From a cyanobacterium endosymbiont of Rhopalodia gibba (GTDB taxonomy: Bacteria; Cyanobacteriota; Cyanobacteriia; Cyanobacteriales; Microcystaceae): a DNA stretch of 64,000 bases. Within the stretch, counting starts at the first letter, position 1, and every line of letters begins with the position of its first letter. A program made the position numbers and the translations under genes. The DNA is taken from NCBI GenBank assembly GCA_045159875.1, contig CP067995.1, forward strand, positions 928,001-992,000, written 5' to 3'. Below the pieces are notes generated by a model, which was given only the letters and a program-made list of their open reading frames with translations, was not told where the DNA came from and searched no databases. Below, piece after piece: positions 13,541-24,986 of this stretch.

Positions 13541-13829
13541 TTTTTAAAAATTACTATGCCCTAATTATAGTAAAGTTATAAGTTTTGTATTTGAATTAAA
13601 TTATATCAAGATAAGAGAACTTGATTTGTATCTCTAGTGTTAAGTTTTAAACTTAGTTTAATAAATAAAATTCTGAATTAAGTAAAGTTTAAACATTGTT
13701 AATTGTCAAATTTTAAATAAACTAAAAATAGTTGAATTTTTTTAGAAAAATAGATTTAATATTAACTTATATTAAGTGCATAAATTTTTTAAAAAAATTA
13801 AAAAATAATGGATAAACTATAAAATATTG

Positions 13830-14550
13830 ACTTCTGGCAGAGAGATATGTCTATCTCGACAGAACTTCTCATAACAGGGGATGCAATCAATTTATTTTTA
13901 GAGTGAAAGAATGGTTAAGCTAAAAAAATATAATAAAAATATTTATCATTAAAATTTTTAAAAAATTTTAATGATAAATAGTAGAATTAAGAATATAGCT
14001 AAGAAAAATAAAATAAATTAACAAAAAATAAAAATAATTTTTAAAAATTTAAATAAAGGATTACAGAAAAAAAACCTCAGGTATTGAGATCGTTTGCAAC
14101 TGATAAAGTTACTTTTTTTAAAAAAACGAAGTTAAAAACTAAAAACACTGGTTAAAAAGAAAAAAATATTAAGTTTAAATTATAAGTAAATATGTTATTG
14201 TAAAGGGACAAATAAAACCTTAAGTAAAAACAAGAAGTAAAATCAAATTAAATGTCTAAAATATAACTATTTCTTTAAACAAATTATCATAGGGTTTTCA
14301 ACAAAATCATACTAAACATCAATAGCATTAAAGTCAGTTAGTTGGTGTTAAAAATCTATAGTATATTAGGCGTTGAAAAAAGCATACTTATTTTTACCCA
14401 AGAACAACTCAGGGAATAATAGAAAAAATCGATAATAAATTAAAGTTGATAAAAAAGATAACTCAGAGGAAAGCCTCTAGTCTTAGAAATTCTGTTAATT
14501 TTTAACTTCAAAGCTTCTCAAGCTGACATTTTGTTAGTCAATTTTACACC
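13830..14550 (+). mobile_element. ISL3-family transposase remnant
   Basis: From 14401, RTTQGIIEKIDNKLKLIK..RKASSLRNSVNF*LQSFSS*HF matches the ISL3 C-terminal motif TxGxxEGINNKLKLIKRxAYGFRNF; 5' bound approximate. Confidence 0.7.
13940..13980. repeat. Perfect 20-bp inverted repeat with 1-nt spacer inside the ISL3 relic
   Basis: tatttatcattaaaattttt-a-aaaaattttaatgataaata. Confidence 0.85.
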
Positions 14551-14880
14551 GTTAGTTTAATATAACCAAAAATTATATTATTAATTAATAGCAAAACTAG
14601 TAATAAAAATAATCTGAAATAAGTTATGCTGAAAAGTTTTGTGTTTTTTTTAAAAAAATTAGTAGATTTTAAAACATATATTTTTTAGCTATTTACTATG
14701 AAAATTTTTATAATTTTAGTGTCAATTTAAAGAATTAAATTGATTTTTCTGGGAAGTAGCTACAACTTAAATATCTCTTATTAAATAAATAATAAGATAA
14801 ATATATAGATTATTTTTTTAATAAAATGAGCTTTGATTTCGATTATTTGTTAAAAAAAGTAAATAATATATCTGGATTTA

Positions 14881-15621
14881 CTACAGTTTTAAATGATTTG
14901 ATAATTGAATTGCATCTCGCCATTCTTTCGAGGATAAAGGTTGAACAATAAAATCTATATTAAAACATTGTTTGGCAGTTTCAATCAAAATATTAATAAT
15001 GGTTTCTAGACAACAATAATCAGGTAATTGTTCAAGGAGTCCCAAACTCCAAGGGGCAGCTTGATTAAAAATAGTTTTAAATAGGGTTTTATCAGTTGAT
15101 AAAACCATAGATCCATGTTGCAGTATAGATTGTTTTCCTCTCCGTTGTGCGCTTCCAATAAGTTTACTTCCATCAGAAGTAATTAAATCAGAAACAGTCG
15201 CCGTATTAAAACAACTAGGGTTATGAATATAACCTCGTTTAGCTATTCCGTAATCTAACTTAATCCCTAAAGATGACCAGCCTTTAATCAGAAAATAACA
15301 AATTTGTTGATAAATTTCTAAAGTTTTTCGATTATTAATTGGAGTAATTATCCCATAAGTTAAGTCTCCTTGATGAAGAACTGCTCGTCCTCCTGTGGAA
15401 CGACGGACTAGTTCTATTGGACGTTTTTTCCACGTCAAATTACACCAGGATAAAGGCCATTGTTTTTGTAAACGACCCAGGGAAATTGTCGGCGATGCCC
15501 AAGTATAAAAGCGTAACGTAGGAGGATGTTTTCCTTTCTCATGTTGGATGAATAGCCAATTATCAATAGCCATTTGGAGCATTCCTGATGCTTCAATAGT
15601 AGGAATTAAACGCCATTTCAT
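14881..15621 (-). CDS. Lipoate-protein ligase A / octanoyltransferase family
   Basis: PTLRFYTW, VRRSTGGRAVLH, KLIGSAQRR and LQHGS motifs. Confidence 0.9.
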   Translation of the reverse strand: MKWRLIPTIEASGMLQMAIDNWLFIQHEKGKHPPTLRFYTWASPTISLGRLQKQWPLSWCNLTWKKRPIELVRRSTGGRAVLHQGDLTYGIITPINNRKTLEIYQQICYFLIKGWSSLGIKLDYGIAKRGYIHNPSCFNTATVSDLITSDGSKLIGSAQRRGKQSILQHGSMVLSTDKTLFKTIFNQAAPWSLGLLEQLPDYCCLETIINILIETAKQCFNIDFIVQPLSSKEWRDAIQLSNHLKL

Positions 15622-16780
15622 AATTAATTTGGTTACTCCATAGAAATGGTAAAAAACTATTTATAGTTTAGCGAAACTAAGAATATTTTAATTGCGTTAT
15701 TCATAAAGCAACTTTTTCAGAAAATTCAACATAAATATACCTACTTATCAAATTAAATAAGTCTAATTTAAAAGATAAGTTTACCAATCACTTAGAATTT
15801 ATGCTAGATTTTATAATTGAAGAGTAGTTAATTTCAAAGGTTACTGAAAACTGCTATCTCTAGCAACGTTGAAAAATAATTCTTTTACGAAGATGTGGAA
15901 ATATGGCATAAATTACCTCCTGATCATCAATTAATTGAGGTTTATTCCGATTACCTTTATGACCCTGAAGTACTTCAGGGAAAGTTTACAAACTCCCGAA
16001 CCCAGAATACATCAATATAAAATTTAACAAAATATTTTGACTAATTGAAAGATCACATACTTTCCAGGATAGTTATTTATAAAGTTTATATTTATCATGA
16101 GTCTCTGCTTGTTGATTAAAAAATAACTAATTTTCATTAAATCTTAAATAATTACAAAACCTAACCATAGCATTATAATCACTAATCTCAATTGTACGAA
16201 TTATAATTTTTTAATTTTTTAAAAATGTTAACTCCTGTTGTATATACCAAGCATATTTGAGACTGTCGAAATTTCCTAGATATGAATGAACTAAAATAGG
16301 GAGTTCCTTAGCTAGTTTAAAGTTGCTCAGAACAGTGACAATTTTTCTATCATCAATCCGTAGATATTGGATTTTATTGAAAATGTAATAAGTATTCCTT
16401 CTATATCAAAGATTGATCTTGAATTCATTAGAACTCTTCTGGAAAAAGAAAACTAATTTAGTAGATAATAATCTCTAAGAGTATTAGATTGACTGTATTG
16501 TAAAAATGTAAACCCTTAGTCTCATAAAGAGAAGTTTTTGTGATTTTAAAAACTTTATAAGGAACAAGACTTTTCGCTTGTCTCTTTAAAAAGCTAATTA
16601 TAGCTAGTTTAGAATAGCTTTTATTATCAACTTAAATTGATTGTCGATATACTAAGATTATCGGCATATGTAAGACTAGGCTAAGAATTGCATCATCAAA
16701 TTTAACCATTTGTGTCTGAAATATTCACCTTAGGTTAAGATAAACAGAAGTCTCTGGTATTGATAAATCATGGTTATTCA

Positions 16781-18541
16781 ATGCTCTCTCTATTGAAGAT
16801 TAAAAATTTTACCTTGATAGACCAGCTCACCTTAGAATTTGGTCAAGGGTTAAATGTCCTTACAGGGGAAACTGGAGCAGGTAAGTCCATTATTCTTAAT
16901 GCGATTGATATTGTTTTAGGTGGAAAAATCAATCATCGTTTAATTCGTCAGGGAATGCAACAAGCATCTATTGAAGCAACCTTTGAAATGGATAAAATTT
17001 TACAAGGGTGGCTAGAGGAACAAGAAATTGAACCATTAGAAGACAAAACTCTATTGTGTTATAGAGAGCTAACTCTCACAGGGAAAACTATGCGATCACG
17101 CTCACGGCTCAATGGGGTGGTAGTAAATTTGCAACTGATGGAAAAATTACGTGATCGCCTCGTGGAAATTACTTCCCAAGGACAAACTGTTCAACTGATG
17201 GACTCTATACGACAAAGAGAATTACTAGACTTGTATGGGGGAATGAGTCTCCTTAAACAACGAGAATTAGTAGAATCAGCTTACAAAAAATGGAAACTTG
17301 CAGATAAAATTTTTAAAAAACGTCGTAAGTCAGAGGAAGAAAGATTACAACGCCTTGATACAATGGAGTACGAACTGAGAGAATTAGAAGAAGCTGAATT
17401 AATTAATCCCAAAGAACTTGAACAACTTAACCAAGAACGAAACCGCCTCTCCCATGTAAGAGAGTTACAACAGTTAAGTTACCACACCTATCAACTCCTC
17501 TATCAAAATGATACTGGAGAACCCGCGATCGCTGATCAGTTAGGAGAGGCTGAAAGTATCTTGACAAAGATAGCAGAATATGACAGAGAAATAGAGTTGA
17601 TTTTAGAAATAATTAGATCTGCCTTGACTCAAGTAGTAGAAGCAGGACAGCAAATTAATGGCTATGGGGATAGATTAGAAGCTGATCCAGAAAGATTAAT
17701 AGAGATAGAAGAGAGGATTAGCCTGTTAAAGCGTATTTGTCGCAAATATGGTCGTTCTTTAGAAGAAGTAATTAATTATCATCAGAAATTACAGCAAGAA
17801 TTAAGAGAATTAACTGACGATCAACAGTCTATTGAACAGTTGGAAGAACATACTAGAGTTGCTAGAGAAACCTTTGATAAAACCTGTAAAATATTAACAG
17901 AGTTACGGCAGAAAGCGGCTATAAAATTAGAAAAACAATTAGTTGAAGAATTAAAACCGCTGGCAATGGATAAAGTAATCTTTGTTTGCCAGATAACCAC
18001 TTGTTTCCCAACAAAAATGGGAAGTGATGAAGTTATTTTTTATTTTAGTCCGAACCCTGGGGAAAAAATAAAACCTCTTTCAAGTACAGCATCAGGGGGA
18101 GAAATGAGTCGTTTTTTATTGGCCTTAAAGACTTGTTTTGCAAAATCAGAGAATAGCTCTCGAACCTTAATTTTTGATGAAATTGATGCAGGAGTTTCAG
18201 GCAAAGTTGCTCAGGCTATTGGCAAAAAGTTACATCAACTTAGCAAAAAATATAAAATTTTATGTGTAACTCATCAACCTTTAGTAGCTGCAATGGCAGA
18301 TAATCATTTTCGAGTTACTAAGCAAATGATTAAGGAATCTCCCAAGACTGGAAACTTAGAAAATGAGCAGCTGAGTTTACAAAAAAATAGGACGGTTGTT
18401 CAAGTTACTAATTTAGATAATCTACAGACTAGACGAGAAGAATTAGCCCAACTAACAGTGGGACATTCAGAACGAGAAGCAATTGAATTTGCTCAATCAT
18501 TGTTAGTTAACGCGGAAGCGTATCGTTTGAAGAAGAGTTAA
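16781..18541 (+). CDS. recN: DNA repair protein RecN
   Basis: Walker A TGETGAGKS, coiled coil, ASGGEMSR signature, IFDEIDAGVSG, CVTHQP; ATG at 16781. Confidence 0.97.
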   Translation: MLSLLKIKNFTLIDQLTLEFGQGLNVLTGETGAGKSIILNAIDIVLGGKINHRLIRQGMQQASIEATFEMDKILQGWLEEQEIEPLEDKTLLCYRELTLTGKTMRSRSRLNGVVVNLQLMEKLRDRLVEITSQGQTVQLMDSIRQRELLDLYGGMSLLKQRELVESAYKKWKLADKIFKKRRKSEEERLQRLDTMEYELRELEEAELINPKELEQLNQERNRLSHVRELQQLSYHTYQLLYQNDTGEPAIADQLGEAESILTKIAEYDREIELILEIIRSALTQVVEAGQQINGYGDRLEADPERLIEIEERISLLKRICRKYGRSLEEVINYHQKLQQELRELTDDQQSIEQLEEHTRVARETFDKTCKILTELRQKAAIKLEKQLVEELKPLAMDKVIFVCQITTCFPTKMGSDEVIFYFSPNPGEKIKPLSSTASGGEMSRFLLALKTCFAKSENSSRTLIFDEIDAGVSGKVAQAIGKKLHQLSKKYKILCVTHQPLVAAMADNHFRVTKQMIKESPKTGNLENEQLSLQKNRTVVQVTNLDNLQTRREELAQLTVGHSEREAIEFAQSLLVNAEAYRLKKS

Positions 18542-18789
18542 ACTAGCCTGGATATCACTTAACTTGGATATAACCTAAGAAAAAAGACAGTTCTACTAAA
18601 CTTAGAACGATTAACTTATGGCTAGAAATACAGAACAAGGAATGGAAAACAGTAAAGATAAAAAATTAGAGAGATATTCAGATATCAATAATATTAGTAT
18701 TCTTCAAGACTTAATACTTCAGCAAAAAAGTGTAGATATTACCGAGAGATACAATTTTAAAACTGAAAATTCTTCCAAAGACAAACTGT

Positions 18790-19020
18790 AAACAACAAAA
18801 GTTAGGGAACTAATGGAATCTATAGAAGCAAAAGTCATCTTCCTATTTCCCCAGTCTTCTGGTTTTAACATCTTCGAAAGCTGTTAATCGAAAATTAGAG
18901 AACATTGGCAAATTCAAGAATCCCATAATTCTAGAAAACTCAATCAAACTCTCAATAAAGTGATTGGTTTAGCAATTAAATGAAGACACAATTGTCCAGT
19001 TTATCCACTGCTGTCATTAT
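18790..19020 (+). mobile_element. IS630-family transposase remnant (copy 2)
   Basis: KVRELMESIEAKVIFLFPQSSGFNIFESC*SKIREH..FIHCCHY; 18799-18849 matches the reverse complement of 13071-13121 at 45 of 51 nt. Confidence 0.75.
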
Positions 19021-19190
19021 CGAGCTACCCGCTTAGAAATCTCTATAAAAAAAACAAAACTTGCATCCCTCTACTGCCCGACGAGTAATAATGGACAGAC
19101 TAACTCCCACTCCAAAGCTTTTTCTGTTTCTTCAGTTCTGACTCCCGATACTTTTAAATAAAGCTCCCGTAATAGTTATACAACTTAACT

Positions 19191-20819
19191 TCATATGGTT
19201 ACTGTATCCTCCATCGGATTTGCCAAAAGTAAACCATATTCAATTCCTTCGACAACTGCTTCATAAGATGCTTCCAAAATATTGGGAGAAACCCCGACAG
19301 TACTCCAACGTTCTTTGCCATTACTAGACTCAACTAAAACTCTTGTTTTAGAAGATGTTCCTGATTCTCCATCCAGAATCCTAACCTTATAATCCGTTAA
19401 ATGAAACTCTGCAACTTCCGGATAGAAATTTGCTAAAGCTTTCCGTAAGGCACTATCTAGGGCTGCAACGGGACCATTCCCTTCAGCTACCTCCAATCTA
19501 TCTTCTCCATTAACTGTAACTTTAATAGTTGCTAAAGCGTTACTGTAAGATATTTCTTGTCCTCGTAACATATCACAATGTACTTGAAATCCTTTAAGTT
19601 GAAACATAGTTTTTCGTTGCCCCAATGCTTGACGCATTAAAAGTTCAAAACTAGATTCAGCTGCTTCAAATTGATATCCTTCATGTTCTAATTTTTTAAT
19701 CTGTTCTAAAATATCACGACAAGCAATATCTTCTTTTTTTAACTCAATTCCAAAGGTTTTTGCTTTCGATAAAACATTACTTAATCCTGACTGCTCGGAA
19801 ATGATAATACGCCGTTTATTTCCAATTTTTTCAGGTTTAATATGTTCATAGGTTAGAGGATTTTTTTGAACAGCCGAAACATGAACTCCTCCCTTATGGG
19901 CAAAAGCAGAACGTCCTACAAAAGGAGCATGATCATCCGGTGCTAAATTAACAATTTCACTAATTAAACGGCTAGTTTTACTTAATTGCGTTAACTGAGT
20001 ATCTGTTAAACAAGAATATCCCATTTTAAACTGTAAATTTGGAATTAAGGTACATAAATTAGCATTACCGCACCTTTCCCCATACCCATTAATTGTTCCA
20101 TGAATCATTCTCACCCCTTCTACCACCCCAGCTAACCCATTCGCCACCGCAGTTCCTGAATCATTATGAGTATGAATGCCTAATTTAGGAAAAGTTTCTT
20201 TATCAGGACCTACATCTAATTTTTCTACCACTTCTTTAACAATTTGGCTAACTTCCTGAGGCAAAGTTCCACCATTAGTATCGCATAAGACTAACCAAAT
20301 AGCCCCTGCATTTTTAGCCGCTTTTAGGGTTTGTAAAGCATAATCAGGATTATGCTTATAGCCATCAAACCAATGTTCTGCATCGTAAATTAATTGTCTT
20401 CCCTGACTGCGGAGATATTCAATCGTATCTCTTATCATAGCTAAATTTTCTTCCAAGGTGGTTTTCAACCCCTCAGTGACGTGGAGATCCCAAGACTTAC
20501 CAAAGATAGTTACCCAACGAGTTCCGGCGGCTAAAATCATCTGTAACATTTGATCACGATCTGAAGGAATATACGGGCGACGGGTGGAACAAAAAGCAAC
20601 TACTTCGGCTTGAGTTAAAGGTTCTTCCTGTAACTTCCAGAAAAACTGGACATCTTTCGGATTAGCCCCTGGCCACCCTCCCTCAATAAAAGGAATTCCT
20701 AGCTTATCGAGTTGGCGGGCAATTTTTAGCTTGTCCTCCAGAGACAGAGAAATTCCTTCTCGTTGCGCCCCATCTCTTAGGGTGGTGTCGTAAAGTAAAA
20801 CTTGATTGGCCATACCCAT
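19191..20819 (-). CDS. cimA: Citramalate synthase
   Basis: YDTTLRDGAQREG, IEGGWPGANPKD, HTHND, GERCGNANL and a LeuA-type regulatory domain; ATG at 20819 or 20813. Confidence 0.92.
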   Translation of the reverse strand: MGMANQVLLYDTTLRDGAQREGISLSLEDKLKIARQLDKLGIPFIEGGWPGANPKDVQFFWKLQEEPLTQAEVVAFCSTRRPYIPSDRDQMLQMILAAGTRWVTIFGKSWDLHVTEGLKTTLEENLAMIRDTIEYLRSQGRQLIYDAEHWFDGYKHNPDYALQTLKAAKNAGAIWLVLCDTNGGTLPQEVSQIVKEVVEKLDVGPDKETFPKLGIHTHNDSGTAVANGLAGVVEGVRMIHGTINGYGERCGNANLCTLIPNLQFKMGYSCLTDTQLTQLSKTSRLISEIVNLAPDDHAPFVGRSAFAHKGGVHVSAVQKNPLTYEHIKPEKIGNKRRIIISEQSGLSNVLSKAKTFGIELKKEDIACRDILEQIKKLEHEGYQFEAAESSFELLMRQALGQRKTMFQLKGFQVHCDMLRGQEISYSNALATIKVTVNGEDRLEVAEGNGPVAALDSALRKALANFYPEVAEFHLTDYKVRILDGESGTSSKTRVLVESSNGKERWSTVGVSPNILEASYEAVVEGIEYGLLLANPMEDTVTI

Positions 20820-21273
20820 ATAATTATTAATACCTAATAAATGTCCGTCAACTTCAAACAAATAAAAATAAACAAGATTAGTTCCGACTATTACAGTGCA
20901 AGGCCAAGAGCTCGTTTATGATCACAACACTAAACTACTAACCCAAGCCGTGTTTTTTATACTGCACTACAGCTCGCTCTACAATGATAAGCCAAAATCT
21001 AGGGACTAGTCATCACAATGAAAAGACCAAAATTAAATTGATATTTTTCTTGATGAGTCACGCAAATATACGGTGTAGGCTTTCCTACTTTAGAATAAAG
21101 TGTTACTACTTAATCGATATTTTCTAGATGAAAAATATTACCATTCATTTAACTCTCTCCAAATAGTTCCATAATCAGTAACAATCAGTACTACCGAATG
21201 TCTTAAACGTTTCGAACTTTTTAGCATTGTTTTGCAAAATGTGGGGATACGCATTTTAACTGACCATAAGTGA

Positions 21274-21319
21274 TGGAGTCGGCTTACAGCACTGCTTTTT
21301 TCGCTGTAAGTCGACTCCA
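21274..21319. repeat. 17-bp GC-rich inverted repeat (one G-T pair)
   Basis: tggagtcggcttacagc-N12-gctgtaagtcgactcca. Confidence 0.8.
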
Positions 21320-21775
21320 CGCAGTTTAAGGATTTAACCCAAATGGGTGAGCTATCTGGGGGAAGTACAAAAACAGACAAACTTCTAAACTAGACATCAT
21401 AAGAGGTGCCTAACGACACTAACAAGTCGCGGCATCCAATAAAAGTCTTTCGTTCTTAATCTTTATTATTGTCTAGTTTAAGCAGGAGAACCCCCATGGA
21501 GCTCATATCTCTTTCCCTCATTTTGGTCGGAACTTTTCTTGCAGATTATCTCCTTTACAATTAGGTCGGGGGTAGACTCACTTTCTGAGATACTAACTGC
21601 GGCAGCTAAATAAAAATAAAGCACAGCCGTATCGCAAGGGTAAGTTGCGGACTGTTTCCGCAGGTGATGTTGTTGTCGACTCTTAGCTATAATTTCAATA
21701 ATCTTTTTGACAGCCTTAAGTTCCAAGAAAAGTTGAGGTTGGTTCTTTGGTACTTTGACTTTCTTAGAGAGACAT

Positions 21776-23737
21776 TCAACTTTCTTGATATGGAACTAAG
21801 TCAAACCAGAAAGTTGTTCCAACGCCGACCTCACTGATCAAATGAATTCGACTATGGTGTTTATCGATAATGTTTTTAACTATGGAGAGTCCTAGTCCTG
21901 TTCCTTCTAGTGTATGAACACGATTTTCCACACGAAAGAAACGATCAAAAATCGCCTCTTGATCTTCAGGATCAACCCCAATCCCTGTGTCAGCAATTTC
22001 TATTCTTACCGGAGGTTGATAGGTAGAATCATGAAAGCTTTTCGTCAGTTGATAAGCTCGAATCACGATTTTTCCCCCAGCCTCAGTGAATTTTAAGCTA
22101 TTACCGACTAGATTGGTCATCACTTGAAGTAAAAGATCGTAATGTCCTAGAATGGGAGTCAAATTGTGTTCTATTTCTTGAGTTAAGATTAATTGTTTAT
22201 CCTTAGCATTTAATTGGTAAGTGCGTAGAATTTGTTCGACTACCTGATTGATATCAACCCGATCAAGATGATAAATTTTTGAGGATTCTAAACGAGATAG
22301 GTCAAGAACATCATTCACCAAACGAGTGAGGCGATCAGTCTCATTGTTGGCAGTCTCCAAGAATTCCCTACGTTCGTTTTCCGTTAAGTCTTTGCCAAAT
22401 TCACTTAAGGTTTCAATAAAAGATTTTATATTGAATAAAGGGGTTCTTAACTCATGGGAAACATTACTGATAAATTGGCTTTTGGCTGCATTTAGCTCCA
22501 CTTCACGGGTAATATCTTGCACCGTCATCGCAATACCTTTGAGGGTTTCGCGGTATTGGTCAAAAACTTGGGTTAAAAGAACCCGGATAATACGCTGGGT
22601 TGGTTGGGTTAGCGTAATACGGAACTCCCAAGGGGATCCCCCTTGATGACTCTCAGAAGTTTCAGAAAGTGATTCGGAGGAGTTTTTGTCTTCGTTTGTG
22701 TGAGTGTCTTCCTGAGTCATCTCTTGAAGAGGAGCTGTCAATTGCCAGGTTAATTCTGGGGACAAAAGTTCAAAGATATTGGTTCCAATGACATCTTTTC
22801 CTTCCCAAGCAAACATCCGCCGCGCTCGTGGATTAACTAACAGTAATTGCAAATTAGAATCAAGCAGAATGGCCCCATCAACTATCGTTGAAACGAGGGT
22901 TTCCAGCTTAGCCTTCTCGGCGGTCAATTCTTCAATATTTTGTTCTTCATAGCGTTCGAGACGTTCAGCCATTTCATTAAAACTGCAGATTAATTCTCCT
23001 AATTCTCCTTCAAAAGGTAGATTGATCCGTTGTTTAAAGTTTCCGGCGGCGATATTTTTGACTCCGAGTAACAATTCTTTAATTGGTCGGGTAATGGTTA
23101 AAGCGTTAAAAACAGCCCCCAAAATAACCATAGCCCAAATAGCGACAAAAACCGCAATTGTAACATCCCGAGTAAGGTTGGAGGAGTTTACCACTGTAGG
23201 ATTAGGATTAATGCCAATGGCAAGAATTCCTAAATAGTTACCGTCATGTTTCAATGGAACAAAAACATCAGTCACCTTTCCATCAGGGCTGAGATGTTGA
23301 CGGACGAGAGGAAAATTAGCATTTGTTAAATCAGTTTTAGGTAACTGGATATGCCGTTCAATGGTTAGAGAATTTTGAACTTCTGCAGCGGAATAAGGGA
23401 TACCGAAGAAAATTTGACCATCACGATCAGCATATATGATATAACGGACGCTAGAGGTACTTTTATAGAAACGACTGGAAATGCGGGCAACATCAGCTAA
23501 GTGATCTTCAGCGATCAGGTGAGCAACGTTAGATGCTAACAAAAGCCCCAAATCTCGGCCAAAGCGAGTATCATTCAATTGGGCTTCTTGCTGAATGCTA
23601 TTGACAGCCCAAAAGGTTAATCCACTCATGAACAAAGAAACAGCTAGAGTAGCTCCTGCCATTAATCTGGTTTGCAGGGTAAACTCTGACCACCAGCGTC
23701 TAATAATTTCTTGAATTGTTGTCAAAAGTATCAGCAA
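21776..23737 (-). CDS. nblS: Sensor histidine kinase NblS/Hik33/DspA
   Basis: WWSEFTLQTRLM N-terminus, two TM helices, HAMP, PAS, VSHELRTPL H-box and FFRVENRVHTLEGTGLGL. Confidence 0.95.
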   Translation of the reverse strand: MLILLTTIQEIIRRWWSEFTLQTRLMAGATLAVSLFMSGLTFWAVNSIQQEAQLNDTRFGRDLGLLLASNVAHLIAEDHLADVARISSRFYKSTSSVRYIIYADRDGQIFFGIPYSAAEVQNSLTIERHIQLPKTDLTNANFPLVRQHLSPDGKVTDVFVPLKHDGNYLGILAIGINPNPTVVNSSNLTRDVTIAVFVAIWAMVILGAVFNALTITRPIKELLLGVKNIAAGNFKQRINLPFEGELGELICSFNEMAERLERYEEQNIEELTAEKAKLETLVSTIVDGAILLDSNLQLLLVNPRARRMFAWEGKDVIGTNIFELLSPELTWQLTAPLQEMTQEDTHTNEDKNSSESLSETSESHQGGSPWEFRITLTQPTQRIIRVLLTQVFDQYRETLKGIAMTVQDITREVELNAAKSQFISNVSHELRTPLFNIKSFIETLSEFGKDLTENERREFLETANNETDRLTRLVNDVLDLSRLESSKIYHLDRVDINQVVEQILRTYQLNAKDKQLILTQEIEHNLTPILGHYDLLLQVMTNLVGNSLKFTEAGGKIVIRAYQLTKSFHDSTYQPPVRIEIADTGIGVDPEDQEAIFDRFFRVENRVHTLEGTGLGLSIVKNIIDKHHSRIHLISEVGVGTTFWFDLVPYQES

Positions 23738-24986
23738 GATAGACTTAAAATGGATAGTTTTAGATTTCTAGTGGTTTTACCACCTTATTCTAAATCGTAA
23801 ATGATTTCTAAGCCTAGGAAAATGGTTACTTTCTATGCTTCATAATCATCAATTTTGATCAAAAATACTCTACTATAGATGGTAATCTTGTGAGGTGTGA
23901 TGGATGAAAATACGAGGTGTAAAGTTTTTTTAGATTAAACATCATAAATGCGGTATTCATCAACTTCAGGGGGTTCTCGACGATACCGTCACAAGTTAGT
24001 GGGTCCCTATTGATGAAAACATAGACAAAAAGTTTCTCTTCCTCATCCCATGCCGTAGCCATTTTATAGTTATATTTGTAGCCTAGTTGATGAGCTTTAA
24101 CGAGAGATTTATCAATTCTTGATTGAAATGGATGAATTATACTTAAGTTTTCTTTTCATATCTGTATTGATTTGCTTACCTTATCTTGGACTAGGTGAAG
24201 TTCTAAGTTACACCTCACTTATTTTGATCATCCATTTAGGTAAAGTTTAGCTAAAACTAGTAATATAGGCTACCAGTTAGAAATTGATAGATAAACTTGA
24301 AGATAAACTATATAAAAGCATAGGTAGTAGCTAAAGTTAAAGAGTAGAAAACTCAGATAAAAGAGCAGATTTTAAAAATAAAAGATCAATGTGGAGACTT
24401 GTATATAGAAATTAAGTTTTATTTGGACTTCTACCTGAGATGTTTGACGATTTATTCGATGCTCAGAAATCTGGTCTTATGATTAGAAATAGCTAAAAAT
24501 TGACTATTCTTAGTCATATCAAGAAAATACCAGTCAGTTAAAAGCCTAGAAATAGAAAAAGATGGTAAGATTGTTTATTTAAAATTCAAAGTGTTGAATT
24601 CTTTTTGAAATGATATAGTATAGTCCAGTTTTTAGACCATGCCTTGTCGAGACAGTAAAAACATAAGTAATGGGGCTAAAAAATTAATCGATGACTGATG
24701 TCAAATCTGAAGAGAGTTATCTCTTAAAGTTAACTTTGACCCTATTTTAGTTTGAGAGTATTTAAACTAAATTTTAATTCTCTTATTTTGATCTACTCAT
24801 TTTTTAAAATATTTAGTTATTATTAAACAATTCTAAGTTAATCCGATATATGGTAACTATTTTATTTATTCCGGACAACACATATTGTAGGAAACCGATC
24901 ATAATGTAACCCCTACAGACATTAAAATGACGAAGTCACTATTAACTGATGAGAGGAAAGGAATGGGGTAATCCTCTCCATAACAT

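Noticed and set aside
22326..23237. Antisense or overlapping ORFs within nblS (similar ones in GST, fmt, infC, rnr, galE, bicA, nusG, rplL)
   Set aside because: Shadow frames of well-supported genes
23859..24062. 67-aa ORF upstream of nblS
   Set aside because: Looks like a frameshifted relic (an alternative frame reads YRREPPEVDEYRIYDV); family not identifiable
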